From: Candidatus Poribacteria bacterium
GTDB lineage: Bacteria > Poribacteria > WGA-4E > WGA-3G
Direction of reading: 5' to 3'
DNA: 64,000 nt
Assembly (NCBI GenBank): GCA_963663765.2
Contig: CAXXUA010000005.1
Coordinates: forward strand, 1,759,874 to 1,823,873
How positions within the stretch are numbered: position 1 is the stretch's first letter; each line of letters opens with the position of its first letter. Positions 63,783-64,000 of this stretch are shown piece after piece. The position numbers and the translations under genes were made by a program. The notes under the pieces are model-generated. The model saw only the letters and a list, made by a program, of their open reading frames with translations. It was not told the origin of the DNA and made no database searches.

Positions 63783-64000
63783 ATGATAGACCGAATTAAA
63801 CGCCGATTGCGACAGCACCGTTTCTTATCACCTCTGATGGGATGTCCTTATCCCGCTCCCCGTTGGAACCGATCTGTCAAACGTGTGTTACGTGAACTGG
63901 GACCTGATGCGCGTATTTTAGATCTCGGTGCTGGTATGCATCGCCGTACCCCGAATGTGATTAACCTTGAGATTGATGCAACACCTACGGTGGATGTCGT
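63783..64000 (+). CDS. Class I SAM-dependent methyltransferase (truncated by the window edge)
   Basis: Hand translation MIDRIKRR...RILDLGAG.....NVINLEI; motif I present. Confidence 0.7.
   Translation, partial: MIDRIKRRLRQHRFLSPLMGCPYPAPRWNRSVKRVLRELGPDARILDLGAGMHRRTPNVINLEIDATPTVDV

Overview
Bacterial window of roughly 40% GC (estimated by eye). The conserved C-terminal 'V(S/E)PxxKxxTxWxxLK/IK' tails on secreted proteins, the LamG, sulfatase and FGE-domain genes, and the heavy load of intergenic REP/MITE repeats suggest Candidatus Poribacteria, which is an inference. The centrepiece (15782-37696) is a same-strand cluster behind a perfect sigma70 promoter. It encodes a GrpE-like protein, a lid-less Hsp70 paralog carrying Gln at the DnaK-R167 position, and 12 tandem genes sharing an N-terminal helical domain plus a degenerate J-domain (HPD replaced by R-x-D). 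The J-like module is fused to a WD40 propeller in one gene and to non-catalytic FGE-sulfatase (C-type-lectin fold) domains with variable C-termini in 11 genes, and the paralogs are recombinational mosaics. This looks like a dedicated, orthogonal Hsp70 machine with a diversified repertoire of substrate receptors. Other highlights: a UGA-recoded thioredoxin-fold selenoprotein with a SECIS-like hairpin (39-1121); an ISAs1 element interrupted by an ISKra4-type element; a tnpB-only IS200/IS605 element splitting a small gene; a large primase-like gene with one in-frame UGA; and nested MITE/REP arrays whose ends match the autonomous ISs. The remainder is metabolic or housekeeping (sulfatase, GH95, DHOR-type cytochrome c, DNA methyltransferase, Eis-like GNAT, ComEC, TauE, rpsU).
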